Assembly: GCF_006345805.1 (NCBI RefSeq)
Contig: NW_021836660.1
Location: 1-24,700 of the forward strand
From: Octopus sinensis
Lineage: Eukaryota
Length of the DNA stretch: 24,700 bases
Reading direction: 5' to 3'
Below are positions 20,737 to 24,700 of this stretch, piece by piece; positions within the stretch are counted from its first letter, which is position 1, and each line of letters begins with the position of its first letter. Both the position numbers and the translations under genes were made by a program. The notes under the pieces are model-generated. The model made no database searches, was not told the origin of the DNA, and was given only the letters and a program-made list of their open reading frames with translations.

Positions 20737-20935
20737 TGATTAAAAGCAGTGCTAGTGTTGCAAATACTATCAACTGCACATAGTCAATATATATCCTTTG
20801 TTTGTTTGCCAGTTTACTGTGGTATAGCACCTGGGAGATAACTCCTCCATTACTCTGGGTGTTAAAACACCTAAAAGTCACAGACAAGCCAAACGACTTA
20901 CCTCTGATTGAATTCAGGAGTGATGGATACTGATA
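20737..20935. repeat. Unclassified dispersed repeat
   Basis: Homologous to 22541-22690 (same orientation) and 22691-22820 (inverted); shared ATTAAAAGCAGTGCTAGTGTTGCAAA. Confidence 0.65.
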
Positions 20936-21012
20936 TTTTGTCATTTCTGTGGCTTATCAGCATTATATACTTGAATCAAACCAGGGATGAATTAATTGTC
21001 TATGACCATATA

Positions 21013-22474
21013 TCAGGTGATTAAGAATGAAATGTCTGATTTTGAACTGAAAGTTTTAATTTACTTTATCTCAACAAAAAGCAATGCAGTTAATCAATGT
21101 ATGCACCTAAATTATCAACACAATTTTGCCATTTTATTGGCAGTGAAGAATTCTGGAGAGCAAAAATGATGAAATCACAAAAGGCTGTTTTTATATCTTC
21201 TTCAGATTTGAAGTATTTTTCCTTGCAAAAAGTTGTCTAATGCCTGGAAAACATGATAGTCAGTTGGTGCAAGGTTTTTTTAATATGGTGTATGAGAGAG
21301 TGCTTCCAAGTTCAGTCCCTGTACCTTGAGTAGCGTTCATTGTGCATTGTCTTGCAAGAGAATTGGCCTGTCTCTATTGACTAATCTTGGTTGTTTAATT
21401 GCAAATTCATTCATCATTTCATCCAATTGGTTAATGTATACATCCACTATAATTGACTTACCAAGCTGTAGTAGGTGACACCAGTGATGGACCACCGAAC
21501 AGACACTATTAGCTTTTTATGGTGAATATTCTTTTTTGGATTGTGTTATGGCACTTCATCTCTATCCAACCACTGTGCAGAATGCTTGCTATTGTCAAAA
21601 AGAATCCTTTTTTCCATCACACATAATATGATGCAAAATGGTCCCCTTTTATGCCGTGACACGAAAGAACAGCAAGTTTCAAGACGACCTGCCATTTGGT
21701 GCTCATTCAGTTTGTGTCGTATCCACTTGTCCAGCTTCTTTACCTTGCCAATTTGTTTCAGATGGTCTAATACAGTTGGAATTGAAACACCAAACCTTGC
21801 TGCTAACTCACGCGTAGTTTGAGATGTATCCACTTCTACTACAGTTTCCAGCTCATCATTATCCAACTTGGTCTCAAGTCTACCACAGGACTGATTTTCT
21901 AATGTAAAGTCACCAGACCAGAACTTCTCAAACCATCAATGTACAATGCACTCATTCACCACATAAAAAAAAATAATAATGAAATTATTGTATACAGTGC
22001 TCAGGTGCACCACAACTTGTCAAAAAGTGCGTATAAAGTATATGCAGTAATGTACAAATGTCTGGAAAGCAAACAGTGCATGAATCAGATACATGCCTGC
22101 GTGTGCATGGAGGGGAGAAAATCAGGTGTAGTGTTAGTGAATCTCAGGAAGCATGGAAGTCCTGAAGGATGCAGTGCTCCTTCAAACCAAACACCTCGTT
22201 GATGTTTCGAGCTGTCTGGAATGCATTGATTCCATGATGGAACTCATATTCATAAACAACATTAAATTTTAAATCTCTCCATGGGTTCACAAAAATTGAT
22301 TTACAAAAGAAAACTCACAACATGATCAGACACCATGAATTGCATTTCGAAAAGTGATGATTTAACTCTTCAATGATGTAAAGCAAAGAATTGTCAGGAT
22401 AAAACATTGGAGTTAACAACTGTCAAACTGGAAAGTGCATAAGAAAATCGGACATTTTATTCTTAATGATCTGA
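21013..22474 (-). mobile_element. mariner transposon relic, full span, with nested insertion
   Basis: TIRs TA|TCAGGTGATTAAGAATGAAATGTC and (reverse complement) TA|TCAGATCATTAAGAATAAAATGTC, Mos1-like; decayed transposase from ATG at 22282 (EYEFHHG..TARNINEVFG, WIRHKL, QDNA, LAPTDYH) to GAYID* at ~21090. Confidence 0.88.
21961..22180 (-). mobile_element. LINE 3' end (probable CR1/L2) inserted in the mariner ORF
   Basis: Interrupts the transposase between NEVFG and VNE..WFE; minus strand ends ATACAATAATTTCATTATTATTT. Confidence 0.55.
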
Positions 22475-22540
22475 TACAAATAGTGTAAAAACTATTTGCT
22501 GGTAGCAACAGTGATGCATACTTAAGATTAAATTCAACAA

Positions 22541-22820
22541 TGAATTAAAAGCAGTGCTAGTGTTGCAAACATTATTGACTGCACATGCTCAATGTATGTG
22601 ATTTGTTTATTTGCCAGTTCACTGCAGTGTAGCACCTGAGGGGTGACTCCCTCATTACACCTAAGAAAAATCATAGACAGGTGAGATAGTATTAGTATCC
22701 ATCACTTTTGAATTCGATTGGAAGTGAGTTGTCTCGCCTGTCTATGACTTAGGGTGTATTAACACTCAGCATAATGAGGAAGTTGTCCCCCAAGTGCTAT
22801 TCTGCAGCAAACAAACAAAA
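22541..22820. repeat. Diverged inverted pair of the unclassified repeat
   Basis: Arms ~22600-22690 and ~22730-22820 are reverse-complement homologues. Confidence 0.6.
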
Positions 22821-22869
22821 CATATTGTTAGGAAATTATAAATTATGTTAAGTTAAACAGTAAACCGTA

Positions 22870-24700
22870 AAGCTTCAGCCAGAGTCCTCACAGGCAAAGC
22901 ACATAAGTATGAACTCTTCTGGGAAGGTAATAGTCATGGAATAGGAGGTGTGGGCATACTTCTGGCGGAGAAATGGGTAGATAAAGTCATAGAGGTAGTG
23001 AGGGTGTGCAATAGAACACTTAAACTTAGGTTAGTCTTGCAGAATGGTATATCTCTGCTTACACCCCACACGCAGACCCACCAAATGAACAGAATGATCA
23101 CTTTTATGATATTCTTCTGCTGGCTACCTCAAAGAGATTTTAATGGGCATGTTGGACAGCAACCTGGTATCTTCCATAGTGTACATGGTACCAGAAATGA
23201 AGAGGGAACTAGGTTCCTGGAATTCTGCAATGCAAATAACCTATTGATCTGCAACACCAACTTCAGGAAGCCAGCTAGCCACCTGATAACCTATCAATCA
23301 GGTGACTCTGCTAGCCAGATTGATATCATTCTTACCAGACAGCAGGTGCAGGGTTGCTCTTAATTACAACGACCCTCCCTGGTGAAGAATGTACCCCCCA
23401 GTATAGACTAGTTATTAGTGACTTAGACTCGAGGCCAGAAGGATGCCAAAAAGCAGACTAATCTGGAAAAGAAGGACTTGGAAACTTAAGAACCCTTCAC
23501 ATGCTCAGAGATTTAGGTATATCCTTACCGAGAAATTTGATGATGGGGAGGAGGAGCTGCTGTCCTGTGACATAGGAGGCAGCTGAGAATTCCTGGAAGA
23601 CAGCTTGTTGAGTGCCACAGACTGAATCTGTGGCTGATGCAAAGTTCCTTCCAGACCTAGATTGTATCAGATAGCTAAAAGGGAAGCTAGGAGACAGGTA
23701 TATATAGCCAAGGGGGTAGCAGAAAAGAAGAAGTTTGCCAATGTTCAACGACATGAGGACCAACGAACAGAAGTATTTCGGATTGCAAGAGAGTGTGAGA
23801 GAAAACCGTGATGTCATAGGAGAGAAATGTGTGTGCATAGATGATGGTGCCCTTGCGTTTAATGATTCTGCAAAAAGAGAGGCTTGAGATGCCATTATGA
23901 AAGACTGCTGAATGTGGAGAATGAATGGGAGGAGGAGTGTCTACCAATGGTTGACCCAGTTGAGGGACCAGCTTCCCGAATAACAGTACCCTGGTAGATA
24001 GAGCAATTAAGGATATGAAGACAGGGAAAGCACCTGGCCCATCAGGAATCATTACTGAGATGCTTGAAATATCAGGCAGTGTGGGTTATGGTCTTGTCAC
24101 CTGCATCGTAAATCAGGTAGTTTATGAAGGAGTCATACCCAATGACTGGTGTAGCAGCACTATAGTCAACTGCTACAAGGGTAAGGGTGATGCTTTAGAT
24201 AGAAATAACTACTGGGGTATCAAATTATTGAATCAAGCGATGAAAATTACAGAGAGGGTCATAGCCCAACTAATTAGGGAGAGAGTTAGCCTAGATGAGA
24301 TGCAGCTTGGTTTTGTGCCCGGCAGAGGCACCACTGATGCTATATTTCTGGTAAGGCAACTGCAGGAGAAATATCTAGTCAAAGATAAACCTCTGTACTT
24401 GGCTTTTATTGATTTGGAGAAAGCCTTTGATAGGGTCCCACGATCCCTTATCTGGTAGTCAATGCAGAAACTGGGGATAGACAAGTGTTTGGTAAGAGCT
24501 GTACAAGCCCTGTACAGGGATGCTGTCAGTAGGGTGAGAGTTGGCAACAAGTATAGTGAAGAATTCCAAGTAGAAATAGGGGATCAGTCCTCAGCCCCCT
24601 CTTATTCATCATAGTCCTCTAAATAAGAGAGGTATTCAAGACAGGCTACCACCGGGAGCTCCTCTATGTTGATGACCTTGCTCTAATAGCCAAATCACAT
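22870..24700 (+). mobile_element. Second, more decayed RTE LINE (runs off window end)
   Basis: APE GGVGILL, DFNGHVG, NTNFRK, SQID; RT KAPGPSG, QLGFVPGRGTTDAIF, FIDLEKAFD, LYVDD; many stops and frameshifts; same family as 8434-11035. Confidence 0.9.

Overview
AT-rich eukaryotic, repeat-saturated DNA. The SINE and RTE families look like those I recall from Octopus/coleoid cephalopod genomes (inference, not a database result). No intact host coding exon is visible. The window is a pile of mobile elements, many sitting in (TA)n-rich arrays: a non-autonomous Helitron (28-827); two tandem copies of an RTE-LINE 3' UTR (1.4-4.1 kb); a Penelope-like element (RT + C-terminal GIY-YIG) arranged as a head-to-head palindrome with ~2-kb arms (4.1-8.4 kb); two decayed RTE LINEs, one with a complete PHD finger inside the RT domain; tRNA-derived SINEs; Tc1 and mariner relics; a foldback element with modular ~615-bp TIRs; and a MITE with an 8-bp TSD. 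The best lead is a non-coding, ~360-nt, terminally redundant, highly self-complementary element (11852-12314) carrying a clear minimal type I hammerhead ribozyme with a U3-A8 core variant, i.e. a retrozyme-like or solo-pLTR unit. A second, more deviant hammerhead-like fold lies in the Penelope 3' region. A CpG-rich stretch at ~16.4-16.6 kb has promoter motifs and a consensus minus-strand splice donor, so the left part of the window may be the first intron of a host gene. All folds and alignments were read by eye; coordinates of degraded elements are approximate.
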